From Giardia intestinalis (Eukaryota): a stretch of 64,000 nt of DNA. This document shows positions 1 through 10,180 of the stretch, one piece after another. The stretch lies in NCBI GenBank assembly GCA_000002435.2, contig CM018789.1. One strand, written 5' to 3'. A program made the position numbers and the translations under genes. The notes beneath the pieces are model-generated. The model was not told the origin of the DNA and ran no database searches. It saw only the letters and a list, made by a program, of their open reading frames with translations. Numbering within the stretch: the first letter of the stretch is position 1; each line of letters starts with the position of its first letter.

Positions 1-1478
1 CCGAAGCAGCCACTGCTGATATCGTTTGCAAGCGGAAAATTGGTGACCTGGACCTGGCATGTGTCTTGTTCGGTGGGAGAATCAAGGACGAGCGTGGAAG
101 AAAGCTTGCGCTTTATAATCTATTGGGTTATACCCAGTCAGGGGCTATCGTATCTTTTACATTCGATCCCAAGACCTCAACCATTCAGCCCATTCCTTTA
201 ACAACTGGCCCGGTGAAACGCGTAATCCGAGACATCGCCCACTGCACTAAGGACAGATCATTGATGATAGCTGGATCCATGTCCGGGGAAATATTGGTCA
301 TTGATGCGGTGAAAAACACCTTCTTGAGCTTCATCCAATTACCCAATGGCGCACCAATAGAATGCATTGTGGTATTTCCGGGAGAAAGCAAAGACTTAGA
401 TAGTATACGACCTGTTTATACCACATATGAAAGGTTGGATGCATTTGATGAGACCATTGCTGCAGGTGGTCATGGATTTATATCAATAATTAAAGGCCAG
501 GGGAAGAACTGGGATGTGTCTTCAACCCTCAGCGTTCCCGGGCGAGTTACGAACCTTGCTGCTGATTCCCTGGGTCGTATTCTCGCAGGGACAGATAACG
601 GGAGTATCATTTTAATAATTCAAGAAGGCTCTTCTTACAAGGCCGTTCCGGTAAGCGAGAATCACATTGCCCCGGCAACGTCCGCGTGCTTTGCAGGAAA
701 CGGGGACGCAACGATGCTTATTACCGTTGCGGCGGACAACACCTGCCGTATTTGGGATCTTAAAGATTTCTATCCTGGGTTAACAATAGACGTGTCGCCA
801 AACTCGCCGTCTGCCGTCTACCTGAACGAGATCCAGATTTTAGTTGGCTGTACAAACGGAGATCTATTAATCTATGACATTGAGAACGGCGATAAATTGC
901 TGACTATCCAAGGCGCAGATCGGATCGCAGTTACTAGCCTCTACGGTCACAGGACGCGCATTTTGGTGGGAGGGTCTCACGGGGACGTCCGCGAGTGGGA
1001 CCTAAGAAGCAGGAAGATGATTGGTGGTCACAAGGAGCATACACTACGTGTTGCGAATCTTTCTTTAACTGGCGATGGAGTAATCGTTTCGGCAGCAGAG
1101 GACAAGTATATAATTGCATCTAAAAATGGCACTCGTGTCTCCGATTTCCTTGCAGAGGGGCCTATCAGAGGAATGACGTTGATCGGTGACGTATGTGCAA
1201 TATCTTGTGGCCGGATAGTTGCTCTGGTTGACGTCCCCAAGCGGCGTCAATTGAATAAGATAGAGCTAGGGTCAAGAATGACCAGCATAACGCACAATAG
1301 TAAGTACATTTTCGCTGGCAGCGAAGCAGGGACGCTATACGTATTCACACACGGATTAGAGCTGGTTGAGGAAATACCTGCCCATGCTGCAGATAAAGAT
1401 TTGCATCACATGTCATGCACAGAGGAGTGGCTTTGTACCATGGACAATGATGGCTGTGTCATGGTGTGGTCAATGTAG
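1..1478 (+). CDS. WD40/beta-propeller repeat protein, 5'-partial. The reading frame is open to the window edge. The track 'start' at 66 is a TTG, not an ATG.
   Basis: Repeated GS/GT-x-G-x-(I/L/V)-x-(I/V)-(W/Y)D-like blades: SMSGEILVIDAV, AGTDNGSIILII, GCTNGDLLIYDIENG, GGSHGDVREWDLRS, AGSEAGTLYVFTHG, DNDGCVMVWSM. There is no stop in this frame between nt 3 and 66. Stop at 1476-1478. Confidence 0.6.
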   Translation, partial: EAATADIVCKRKIGDLDLACVLFGGRIKDERGRKLALYNLLGYTQSGAIVSFTFDPKTSTIQPIPLTTGPVKRVIRDIAHCTKDRSLMIAGSMSGEILVIDAVKNTFLSFIQLPNGAPIECIVVFPGESKDLDSIRPVYTTYERLDAFDETIAAGGHGFISIIKGQGKNWDVSSTLSVPGRVTNLAADSLGRILAGTDNGSIILIIQEGSSYKAVPVSENHIAPATSACFAGNGDATMLITVAADNTCRIWDLKDFYPGLTIDVSPNSPSAVYLNEIQILVGCTNGDLLIYDIENGDKLLTIQGADRIAVTSLYGHRTRILVGGSHGDVREWDLRSRKMIGGHKEHTLRVANLSLTGDGVIVSAAEDKYIIASKNGTRVSDFLAEGPIRGMTLIGDVCAISCGRIVALVDVPKRRQLNKIELGSRMTSITHNSKYIFAGSEAGTLYVFTHGLELVEEIPAHAADKDLHHMSCTEEWLCTMDNDGCVMVWSM

Positions 1479-1552
1479 GTTGACCGGGTTAACATGCCAA
1501 GGTAGTACACTAGATTAATTCATAATCGTTCATTGCAGTGACGCAAGCTGAG

Positions 1553-1960
1553 ATGGATCCATCTATGAGTATGGCATGCCTTAGAGATAGTCAGACATCA
1601 TTTACGTTCTACCAAACCCCATACCAGTCAGGACTTCATGACACTCATGGCACTCACGCCATGTCTGGATCGACAGTGGCTGCTGCCGTTTCTGCTTCTA
1701 TGATTTGGTCGCCCTTCCAGACACCAACACCGGCTGATCGCGCACAGCGAAAGTGGCACGACGATGGACAAGTGAAAATGTCAACGGGAGGGTCTAACTG
1801 GAAGACAAAGCGTGTAACTATTGTGGCCCCAGCTCTTCCGCAGATACCTTCTCTACAGACAACCCTGTACTCAAGGCTTCTCGACGACCCTCCATCAATT
1901 CATCTTGAACTCTCTGACTGCAGTATCTGTACACCAATATTCGAAGACCGTGAAATTTAG
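1553..1960 (+). CDS. Hypothetical small protein (135 aa from the first ATG; the track start at 1538 is GTG). It may not be real.
   Basis: Only an ORF in otherwise gene-dense context. Low-complexity S/T/P-rich. Overlapped by the antisense ORF 1818..2129. Confidence 0.2.
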   Translation: MDPSMSMACLRDSQTSFTFYQTPYQSGLHDTHGTHAMSGSTVAAAVSASMIWSPFQTPTPADRAQRKWHDDGQVKMSTGGSNWKTKRVTIVAPALPQIPSLQTTLYSRLLDDPPSIHLELSDCSICTPIFEDREI

Positions 1961-2055
1961 TTTCGGCTTTAATTTCGGCTTCAGCTGAGAGAAAAAAAGA
2001 GAGGAAGAAAAGAACAAAGTAAATCAGACAAGACACCGGAATATTAAGTCTTAAG

Positions 2056-2571
2056 TCACAGTTCATCTTGATCTGCTGGCGGGTGCGATGGGTCGCTCGC
2101 CTCCTGCTCGATAAGTGTCGGGTCGTCAATTAAGTCGAACGTGATATGGACCGGTTCGCACGGGCCCGACTTGCTCACCTTCTTCTTGCATGAAAACTCA
2201 GCTCCCTCAACTATGTTGTTCTTAGTCACATACTCTACGCTGGGTTCTGCTAGAAATATCATATATTTAATGTCATAGCTAATATTGTGAGATGCTGTGT
2301 CTATAAAGTCTACCAGGACCGTTGCAAACTGGTTTTCTTTATCTGGGGTTACTTGCTTGACCACGCAAATACCTGGAAAGATGTCTAGGTCGCACTGCCG
2401 TCCAAAGATGCGTCGAAAGTTTATCATCAGTTTGTCTCTGCTGGAGCCAGAAGCCCCACCTTCAGCTCCTTCATGGATTTTCCCGTCCTCGTCGCTGTAG
2501 ACACTACGAACCTCACCTCTTATGAGCTCAAAATTGAAGAAGAAAAGTAGAAGAAGCCCCAAGGGATACAT
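2056..2571 (-). CDS. Small secreted/ER-retained protein: N-terminal signal peptide and C-terminal QDEL (K/HDEL-like) motif.
   Basis: ATG verified at 2569-2571. N-terminus MYPLGLLLLFFFNFELIRG is hydrophobic and signal-like. There are 4 Cys. The C-terminus is ...PPADQDEL, followed by stop. Confidence 0.45.
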   Translation of the reverse strand: MYPLGLLLLFFFNFELIRGEVRSVYSDEDGKIHEGAEGGASGSSRDKLMINFRRIFGRQCDLDIFPGICVVKQVTPDKENQFATVLVDFIDTASHNISYDIKYMIFLAEPSVEYVTKNNIVEGAEFSCKKKVSKSGPCEPVHITFDLIDDPTLIEQEASDPSHPPADQDEL

Positions 2572-2683
2572 TTACGAATTTATGAATTGAAAGACTTTAA
2601 GAGGTCCAGAAGGGTGCAGGATTACGAGTAGATAAGAAGGCCCATAGAATGTGCTCAGAACAGTTTACATGCACTAGCCGGTG

Positions 2684-2998
2684 CTAGTCAATGATATGTA
2701 ACTCGCTGAGCTTCCAATCCTCGTATGTACCATCTGGCAGGTGTCTGCGGATGATTATGGGGATAGCGTTATTGGCCAGCTCACGGCGCGCCAGTACGAG
2801 GGGGTCCAGGTGGCCGCCTTTGTCTGTGATTGTTATGTGAGCTGGAGCTCCCATTGAGAGCTGGTATGCTCTGGTTCCAAGGATGCGAGCCTGTTCAAAC
2901 TTCGTAAGATACCGCGGGGTGATGCGCTTATCTGGATCTGCAGGCTTAATCTTGCTGATAAACGGCTGATTGCTTTCCACGATCAAGGGCTTGTCCAT
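2684..2998 (-). CDS. RPB6: DNA-directed RNA polymerases I/II/III common subunit RPB6 (RPABC2, omega-like)
   Basis: [22 protein letters not shown] ... [18 protein letters not shown] matches the canonical RPB6 core ([22 protein letters not shown] ... IPLVIRRYLPDGSYEDW). 104 aa. ATG at 2996-2998, TAG stop at 2684-2686. Confidence 0.85.
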   Translation of the reverse strand: [104 protein letters not shown]

Positions 2999-3120
2999 GT
3001 GACAATCTTCAATTTTATACTGTTCAATTTTATATGCTTCATTGCTTTCTCAGAAACTGAAATGTTTACATGGTGCCGGGCATTCTTCAGACGGGCAAGT
3101 TTGGGTTCATGCGAGCCAAC

Positions 3121-3690
3121 CTACCTCAAGGTGTAGCTCTCCAGCGGCATGAAAGAGTCGTTTTCTGAAAGAAAGTATTTAAACGCGTTGCTATTAACTA
3201 CAGCCTTATTGGAAAGGAGTCTGTGGAAGTAGTTATTAATCTCTCTTACGCGTTCTTCGACAAAGCCTTTCCGATTTCCTCCGAGATTCCAAGGGCGATC
3301 TCGTGGAAAGGACGGCAAATGTTCTAAACCCTCTTGCAACAGGTCGGCATGAAGACGCTTTATTGTGCTAAAACGTTTTGAAACCTGAACCTGATGCTTC
3401 TTCCTCGGAATCAGAAGGTCGTAGACGATGAAGGGGTGTGAACCTCCATTTGAACAGACTGTGTAATTATCACACACAGAAAGAGGGGGAGGATCATCTG
3501 ACGATTCTTTTGTCTCAGTTATTATAGGGGTTTGTGTCACACAGCCGCCCTCATTCCTAAGCCTCGCAGGTGTGACGACGCCTGTGTAATTTTCTGTGTG
3601 GATTGCGTCTTCCAGAAGAATCTGTATGGTTGGCACCGGATTGCTGCCTGCTGCCGTTGGGTAATATGCAGTCGAAACAACGTGCGTCAT
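3121..3690 (-). CDS. PX (phox-homology) domain protein
   Basis: VSKRFSTIKRLHADL matches the R(R/K)(Y/F)S(D/E)F..L motif. LPSFP(RD)RPWN is the proline-rich PxxP loop. FVEERVREINNYFHRLL matches the FxEERRxxLExYLxxLL helix. ATG verified at 3688-3690. Confidence 0.7.
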   Translation of the reverse strand: MTHVVSTAYYPTAAGSNPVPTIQILLEDAIHTENYTGVVTPARLRNEGGCVTQTPIITETKESSDDPPPLSVCDNYTVCSNGGSHPFIVYDLLIPRKKHQVQVSKRFSTIKRLHADLLQEGLEHLPSFPRDRPWNLGGNRKGFVEERVREINNYFHRLLSNKAVVNSNAFKYFLSENDSFMPLESYTLR

Positions 3691-3825
3691 TTTTAAATAG
3701 CTTCCCTGCGCCTTTCAACCTAAAAGCTTAGTAATCTTAATAAAATAATCTTAATAAAAAAGGAACGAACCTAAAAACTGAACTTAACAACTGAACATAA
3801 CAACTATAATTTATTAATAAAGGAT

Positions 3826-6039
3826 TTAAGCATCCTCCTGCTCTGTTATCGCCTTTATCATACTGAGGCACTTCGTCAATGAATCCAAAAGAACCGGAGA
3901 TGATACCAGAGGATCATTATCAAGGTTTGCTACAGAGCCCATCTTTGTGTTCAGAGTAGCTTGAACGATTTCTCCCATTCCCGTTTCACCGACCAGTGAC
4001 GTTACATCCCCACCGCCCCGGAGGTACGGCTTCACAGCGGCTACACGTTGCTCTGCCTTGCCTTCCCGTTCCTGGTACTCAATCTGGCGATCTGCGTCTA
4101 CTGTGTGCATTTTGCTAGCTATTGGAAGATCCTTGAATGTCTGATCAGTCATCCCAGCGAACTCTGGTCGCAGCACGCCCTGCTTGACAAGCTTCATATT
4201 GCGTCTCTGTCTCTCATCCATTCTGTAAGGTTCTCCGTCCTTTACGTTCTTAAGATGCTTATTGTAGTAACATACGCCTAGCTGTGCAGTTGCGTCGAGT
4301 ATAGACTCACCGGGCTTGTAGTTGAGCTTTACCTTCGCTGTCTGGGGCTTTCCTGTGCTCTTTGATCGCGCTTCTGCTGCCATTCGCTCCTTGAACTCGT
4401 CCATCATTTCTTCTCTGTACTTTAAACTGGTGTTTGCCCGCAGAGCATGATATGCATCCTCCCAAATGACATGATCGTCAGGAAAATAGGAAAGGATACG
4501 CTGATTCATTGCGTAGAGCTTTAGATCGTATAGGTACTTAGTTATTATTTTTGTATAGTCGTCTAGCTCGTTGAGAGACCGGACCTTAACAGTGTAGTTT
4601 TCGATGCTATTTTCGATGCTTTCCTTCACAGTTGCTGTCCCATCGTATATGCGTTTGCGTGTCGAGAGCTCGATGGACCTATCGTTCAGCTCTGGCCGAA
4701 ACGTGCATCCAGATGTCTCTTCCTCGGCCCGTTGGCGGTCAATCTCCAGTTGTTTGGCTTGCTTCTTTTCATGAAGCGAATAGAGCTTGTTGCAATGGGA
4801 TATCACCTCATCGTAACCCTTGAAAGAGGAGGTGGACGTTGCTGCGGAGCTAAAGCTAGAACTGGTGCTAGAGGGATTGCGCTGGTAACCAGGTTGGTCA
4901 CAGCGCGGGATAGTTGTTAGCCGCCGGGCCTTCAGCTCTTTCTTGAACATGTAGATACACTTAACGAACGGGACCGTAATGGAACTGGAGCTGCGAAGCC
5001 TTTCAATTGCCACAGACGGGTTAACATATTTATTGTATGACTGTACAATCTCCAGTACATGGCGTGCCATCGCAATACAGAAGGGTTCTACTTCCGAAAC
5101 TGTAAGATAGCTGCTGTCTCCCACCAAAAATCCCTGGTCATCTTCTAGCAATCCATCGAATAGGGAATAAAATCCAAAATATACCATGTTATACGTACAC
5201 ATCTTTAACTGATCTGGAAAATCGACCTTCAACACCACCATTGTCTGCGACGAAGACGGCATATGAGGATCTGAGGTTGATTCTGATTCGAGTGGCTGGT
5301 TATCCTCTGCAGAGAATGCTAGAATGCTTTGTGATCCAGATCTGTTTATGTAAAACGTTGATGGGTGACTAAGCTTCAGGCAATTCAGGACGTGGAACAC
5401 CTGTTGGGTTATATCCGCGTCTGTCATTGGCCGTCCTCTCACCGAGGAAGCGCGGAGCCCGTTAGGGTCACTTGAGAGATAAGATGTGGATGCCTCCACT
5501 CGTGTGCCCTGATGGCGCCTGGGGCCGCCTGTGGAAGGGCGCCACCGAATCATGGACCCTGCTGGAGTTCGCATGAATGAACTGGATCGGCTACTCTGCG
5601 AGGACATAAGGAGCTGCTTGGCAGGGAGCTCACCGGAACGGAGGCTGCGGATTCCTGCGAAGCTGGAGTCTTTCCGGGCATTCTCATCAACACTTTTCTG
5701 CTTGAGTGATTGTGACCGAAGAGGAAGATCGCCTACTGTCGAATCTATCAGAAGCCTGCTAAGGTCATCCTCTAGATAATCGATGGGACTCTCTTCGCGG
5801 CCATATTGGAGGTCATTCGCAAAGTTGACTTTATAGGCCGCATATGGAGAAGTACTTCGTATGGAGGCTTCCTTATATGGAGGGATCCCCGAAGTGCTGG
5901 TGTCCGCTGTCATGGCTCTGATAAACTCCAAAGAGATATCCTGAGAGGTATGTGATGGATAGGATGGTTGGGAGAACCCGCTCGTAGCTGCACGGGCCTC
6001 CGAGACATAGATATCGCTCACTATTTGATCAACTTCCAT
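3826..6039 (-). CDS. Hypothetical protein, 737 aa. No recognisable domain.
   Basis: Long uninterrupted ORF with ATG at 6037-6039. Ser-rich central region and a charged, coiled-coil-like C-terminal third. Confidence 0.6.
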   Translation of the reverse strand: MEVDQIVSDIYVSEARAATSGFSQPSYPSHTSQDISLEFIRAMTADTSTSGIPPYKEASIRSTSPYAAYKVNFANDLQYGREESPIDYLEDDLSRLLIDSTVGDLPLRSQSLKQKSVDENARKDSSFAGIRSLRSGELPAKQLLMSSQSSRSSSFMRTPAGSMIRWRPSTGGPRRHQGTRVEASTSYLSSDPNGLRASSVRGRPMTDADITQQVFHVLNCLKLSHPSTFYINRSGSQSILAFSAEDNQPLESESTSDPHMPSSSQTMVVLKVDFPDQLKMCTYNMVYFGFYSLFDGLLEDDQGFLVGDSSYLTVSEVEPFCIAMARHVLEIVQSYNKYVNPSVAIERLRSSSSITVPFVKCIYMFKKELKARRLTTIPRCDQPGYQRNPSSTSSSFSSAATSTSSFKGYDEVISHCNKLYSLHEKKQAKQLEIDRQRAEEETSGCTFRPELNDRSIELSTRKRIYDGTATVKESIENSIENYTVKVRSLNELDDYTKIITKYLYDLKLYAMNQRILSYFPDDHVIWEDAYHALRANTSLKYREEMMDEFKERMAAEARSKSTGKPQTAKVKLNYKPGESILDATAQLGVCYYNKHLKNVKDGEPYRMDERQRRNMKLVKQGVLRPEFAGMTDQTFKDLPIASKMHTVDADRQIEYQEREGKAEQRVAAVKPYLRGGGDVTSLVGETGMGEIVQATLNTKMGSVANLDNDPLVSSPVLLDSLTKCLSMIKAITEQEDA

Positions 6040-6522
6040 TCTTTTTTATTACGCGGAATTCCCTCGGGCGGTCTTGACCGGTTTCACTGCAAAAAATCGC
6101 AGCAGTGATCACAGAAGACCACAGGAGCCGCTTGCCACTTACCTGGACGTTAGTGTATGAATATAGAGCTATTACGTAAGCGTCATCCAGCACTCTCTGT
6201 TGCACAAAAGACATCACGACAAGATCTCGACGGTGTCAATGGCCTAGCAGGCACTCCTGACAATGAATGCATAAGCAAACAATCTGATGAACCAGTGCAG
6301 CCATGTCCCAAAGATAGACGTGACTTGCCCGTCATGAGGGAAGGCTTTGGATACGCCCTTCTGTCATCTATGGGCATTACCGAGGAGACACCGCTGATTG
6401 CATACGAGGGTAAGATTTCAAACACAGACTCGTCCTGCTCCTTACCATCTACAGGCAATTAGTTTGTATCTCACTGAGTTTACTACATTTACCTATCACC
6501 GCTAGACTGATGAAGATGACAA

Positions 6523-6894
6523 CTACAAAGATGTAATGTTGAATAGCTGGTAGATGCGGCCAACCTCGACTCCCTTGCGCTCTGCTAAAGCCCCTGCCAG
6601 CATGGTACAGACCTCACGAAGGCGCGAGACTTTGAGCTCCAGCTCTGAATTCCCACTGGACGACCGTGGCTTGCGCTGCTTTGCTTGCTTCTCAAGCCTC
6701 TTGATTTCCGCATCCACCTCAGCCGCAGTTGGTCTAGTTCGTAGAATATTGTACTCGTGGCTCAAAGCATCCACATTATCTGCCACGTCCATATCAACAC
6801 GAAATACGTAGCTCACCCCTGCATGCTCAAACACAACCATATCCGCTTCTAGTGTGTCAGCCGCCTTGTCGAAAACCCGTATGCGTTCGCCCAT
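6523..6894 (-). CDS. Hypothetical small protein (123 aa) with a C-terminal coiled-coil segment
   Basis: ORF with ATG at 6892-6894. No motif recognised. Confidence 0.4.
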   Translation of the reverse strand: MGERIRVFDKAADTLEADMVVFEHAGVSYVFRVDMDVADNVDALSHEYNILRTRPTAAEVDAEIKRLEKQAKQRKPRSSSGNSELELKVSRLREVCTMLAGALAERKGVEVGRIYQLFNITSL

Positions 6895-6909
6895 GACTTT
6901 GTAAATAGA

Positions 6910-7368
6910 TTAGCTCTTAATTTTACTAACTCTACGATCCTTCATACCCTCGTCCTCGTGGCGTTTTTTCTCTTTGCGTGAGGACTTGGAGGACTTGGAC
7001 CGCTTCTTCTCTGGCTGCTCGAAGTGTACGTGCTTTTCTTGCTTTAGTGAATGCTTGGTCTTCTGATCTTGCTCCCTCCGCAAGTGCGAGGTTACCCAAT
7101 CTACCTGCCTGCTTGTGGGGATGCTATTTTTAGGATTGGGAAGGCTGCTCCGTGCTGCTGCCATGTCACCTGAAAGGAGCGTGAGTGCACTAGTCAGTGT
7201 ATGCTGCGTGTACTCATCCCCCTTGCTGTGCAGTAGAAGGCTGGTGGAGAGTGGAATCTCGATGGCTTGGAAGCCACTAAAGATAAGCTCGCCTTTACTG
7301 CCTAGCCTAGCACCTGTTGAAAAGAGGGCCTCCGCATTTGTCCCGCGAGGCAAGACCAGCAGCTGCAT
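6910..7368 (-). CDS. Hypothetical protein with a Lys/Ser-rich basic C-terminal tail, possibly nucleolar or nuclear
   Basis: ORF with ATG at 7366-7368. C-terminus: KKRSKSSKSSRKEKKRHEDEGMKDRRVSKIKS. Confidence 0.4.
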   Translation of the reverse strand: MQLLVLPRGTNAEALFSTGARLGSKGELIFSGFQAIEIPLSTSLLLHSKGDEYTQHTLTSALTLLSGDMAAARSSLPNPKNSIPTSRQVDWVTSHLRREQDQKTKHSLKQEKHVHFEQPEKKRSKSSKSSRKEKKRHEDEGMKDRRVSKIKS

Positions 7369-7578
7369 AGTAGAGGGAGGAGGTGCTTTCTTTTAATTAC
7401 CTCTTCTTTTAAACCTCTCTTTTAAACCTCTTTAAAAATTCGGCCTGATGCTCAATTAGCTCTTAATGCTACGTCCTGATACTGAACCAAAACATAAATA
7501 CAGCTACTGTTCAACAATCTACAACTGCTAACCGTTCTAGGTACGAACTACAGCGTCGACATTTTAAATTTATCGACG

Positions 7579-9114
7579 ATGGATAGGCTCATCGCCACAT
7601 TTTCTGGGTTACGCTGGATCCATGACGAGCAATCCTTTGGGCGAATTATGTGTTACGTTACCGCATTCGCCAAGGCTCTTCCACAAATGGTAGACAACTG
7701 CTCTACGACGCGCTCAAAGAAGCTTGTGTACGTTGGGCGAGATGGAAGGAACACTGGGGATGAATACCCTAAGTACATTATCGCAGCCCTCCTTCTGGAA
7801 GGTTTTAACGTTAAATACCTTGACATTGTTCCCACCCCTACAGTGCAGCAGTTGGTCCGTAACTCCCAGTGCGCAGGAGGAGTGATCGCGACTGCTTCTC
7901 ACAATCCCCCCAAGTGGAATGGACTTAAGTTTGTTGGGCCCAGTAGCATATTCCTCACCCCAGACGAGTGTACTCGTGTGTATAGTTGTGTCACCGAAGA
8001 TATGCTTCAAAAGGAGTATCACAGCTTCATGACCAAACATCCACATACAGTGCTAGTACAGGAGATCGCCGATTCCATTCAGAATAAAAAGACGTACACC
8101 CACAATAAGGCGAAAATGGAATATGTGGGGTCTGACGATGCCATAGCTGAGCACATAAAGCATGTTCTTGCACAGACTCCTCTAGTTAATGCTGCCTCCA
8201 TCCGTGAATCAAACTTCTCAATAGGTTTCTCTGGGTGCAATGCGTCTGGTGCCATGTATATCGTCTCTCTATGCGAGCACTTGGGCGTCAGTCTCAAGGT
8301 ACCTTACATGATGGAGCCAGGTCCACTTCCGCTACAGCCAGAGCCTATTCCAGAAAACCTTGTCCAGTTTGGACAGGCTATAAAGGACCAAGGAGACGTC
8401 CACGTGGGATTTGCAGTTGACCCCGATGCTGATAGACTGGTTATTCTTACTGAGACGGGCGTGCCGCTGGGAGAGGACTACACCCTTGCTCTGTGTGTTG
8501 ACTACGCCCTTTCTCTTCAGCCTCCGGGCGAGTATCATATAGTGACGAATATCAGTACATCCCTAGTCGTTGCAGATGCGTGCAGAAAGCATGAGGAAAG
8601 GGGCGTCAAGGGTGTACTGCACTACACCGCAGTAGGAGAGGTCAACGTGGCACTCAAGATGCTTGAACTGGGCGATAGGTGTCTTGTTGGCGGTGAGGGG
8701 AACGGCGGCGTGATGCTTCCGTCTGCGCACATAGGCCGTGACAGCATCGTGGCGATTGTCCTTGTTCTCTCATGGCTTGCTAAGATGCGCAAGCTTCACG
8801 GAGAGAGGCCAATTAGCGAGCTTGTTGCAGAACGATTCCAGAAATACTATATTAAGAAGAACAAGTATACCATAGCACCAGAGAAGCGAGCTAAGCTTGA
8901 CAAGAAGCTGCAGGCCTTGGCGCAAGAAGCCTCCGAGTATGACGTTGACACTGTTGATGGGGTAAAGTTCACATCCGTCAGCTCTCGTAAGTGGGTTCAT
9001 ATGCGCTTTAGCAACACTGAGCCTATTATTCGTATAATTTCAGAGGCACCGTCTGAAGACGAGGCGGTCGAACTGATTAAGAATTATGAGAAGGCGCTTT
9101 CTTTGATTACCTAA
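7579..9114 (+). CDS. Alpha-D-phosphohexomutase family enzyme (phosphomannomutase/phosphoglucomutase, ManB-type)
   Basis: Active-site loop GGVIATASHNPPKWNGLKF with the phospho-Ser in TASHNP. Metal-binding loop FAVDPDADRLVIL (DxDxDR). GEGNGG sugar-binding loop. 511 aa. ATG at 7579. Confidence 0.85.
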   Translation: MDRLIATFSGLRWIHDEQSFGRIMCYVTAFAKALPQMVDNCSTTRSKKLVYVGRDGRNTGDEYPKYIIAALLLEGFNVKYLDIVPTPTVQQLVRNSQCAGGVIATASHNPPKWNGLKFVGPSSIFLTPDECTRVYSCVTEDMLQKEYHSFMTKHPHTVLVQEIADSIQNKKTYTHNKAKMEYVGSDDAIAEHIKHVLAQTPLVNAASIRESNFSIGFSGCNASGAMYIVSLCEHLGVSLKVPYMMEPGPLPLQPEPIPENLVQFGQAIKDQGDVHVGFAVDPDADRLVILTETGVPLGEDYTLALCVDYALSLQPPGEYHIVTNISTSLVVADACRKHEERGVKGVLHYTAVGEVNVALKMLELGDRCLVGGEGNGGVMLPSAHIGRDSIVAIVLVLSWLAKMRKLHGERPISELVAERFQKYYIKKNKYTIAPEKRAKLDKKLQALAQEASEYDVDTVDGVKFTSVSSRKWVHMRFSNTEPIIRIISEAPSEDEAVELIKNYEKALSLIT

Positions 9115-9214
9115 GGTCTAGACTAAGGTCTAGAGATGCACACACCTGTGAAGCAGCTCAAGCTTTTGGTAAATTCTCCTCGTTTTATTTCTGTTTAAAA
9201 AAGGCGAAAATTAG

Positions 9215-10180
9215 ATGCCCAGAGAGCCAGTCTCCACAGCAAAGATCTTTGGCGACCAGCCAGAGCAGGCCAGGGATCATGCAGTGAAAGTACGGAATAA
9301 TCTCCAATGGCTAGAGGCTTTATTAGACGAGCTAGCACATTTTGCTGCCTCTGCCCGCAGGCTCAGTCATATAGCGTCTTCAATTCCGCACCCAAACATT
9401 TTAGGAATGGATATGACTAACTTTTACAACGCATGTCAGGTGCTACAGATGGCAGGAGTGAAGCTTAGCTCTGTAGCCAACACCCAATCCAGAGCTAGGA
9501 TCCACAACGCAGTCGCTAATTTTACCGGCGAGCTGTCTCGTGCATCGTCAAATATATATTTAGAAAGCAAGAGGAGAGCAGGCAATAGGCCATTCCTTAG
9601 CAGCTCCAAGAGCCCTGAGGCGTCCACCAGTGGCAGCAAACATATCATAGACCATATGCCAAGGATTTTGGAAATGCTGGAGGCGGCGGATTGCGAGGCC
9701 TCCAATCTGTTTGAAAGAAACCTTCAGGAACTTATGGAGGCTATGAAATCGTTTACAGAAGTGGCTAGCAAGGCTGCAGAGATTCTCTCCACAGAGGTTA
9801 ACTCTGCTGATTTGGGTGCTGCCATGGAGGGGTTTTTGGTGGCAGGAGAAAGACGCCAGCTTCCAGTGGACTGCCTCGACTACCGAGCCGGGTATGCTCC
9901 GGTGTTGTACAACGATGAAGATAACGATGATTATATCATCAATGCATATAACAGGAACTCTGTGAACCCAGTATCTGCCCTATCTGCGCGTGAGAGCCTG
10001 TCAGGGAGCGGTCTGGGAAGTTCTTACAAAGCACGATCTCCTGCATTCGGTAGCAAGGGGCCACGCTCTCCGTCTTCGAAGACGACATCACTACTTCAGA
10101 TTATCATGCAACGACAACAGAATCCTCACGAGTGCGACGAGTTGGAAGAGGAAGAGGAAGAGAGGTCCAGCAGCGGCTAG
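9215..10180 (+). CDS. Hypothetical protein with an acidic C-terminal tail (EEEEEE)
   Basis: ORF with ATG at 9215. AT-rich leader (aaaaaaggcgaaaattagATG) typical of Giardia initiators. No domain recognised. Confidence 0.5.
   Translation: MPREPVSTAKIFGDQPEQARDHAVKVRNNLQWLEALLDELAHFAASARRLSHIASSIPHPNILGMDMTNFYNACQVLQMAGVKLSSVANTQSRARIHNAVANFTGELSRASSNIYLESKRRAGNRPFLSSSKSPEASTSGSKHIIDHMPRILEMLEAADCEASNLFERNLQELMEAMKSFTEVASKAAEILSTEVNSADLGAAMEGFLVAGERRQLPVDCLDYRAGYAPVLYNDEDNDDYIINAYNRNSVNPVSALSARESLSGSGLGSSYKARSPAFGSKGPRSPSSKTTSLLQIIMQRQQNPHECDELEEEEEERSSSG

Noticed and set aside
6157-6462. Mutually antisense 101-aa (+) and 91-aa (-) ORFs in the 480-bp gap between 6040 and 6522
   Set aside because: Neither has recognisable motifs and they fully overlap each other. 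One could be a real small gene, but the sequence alone cannot decide. This is left unannotated rather than rejected as non-genic.
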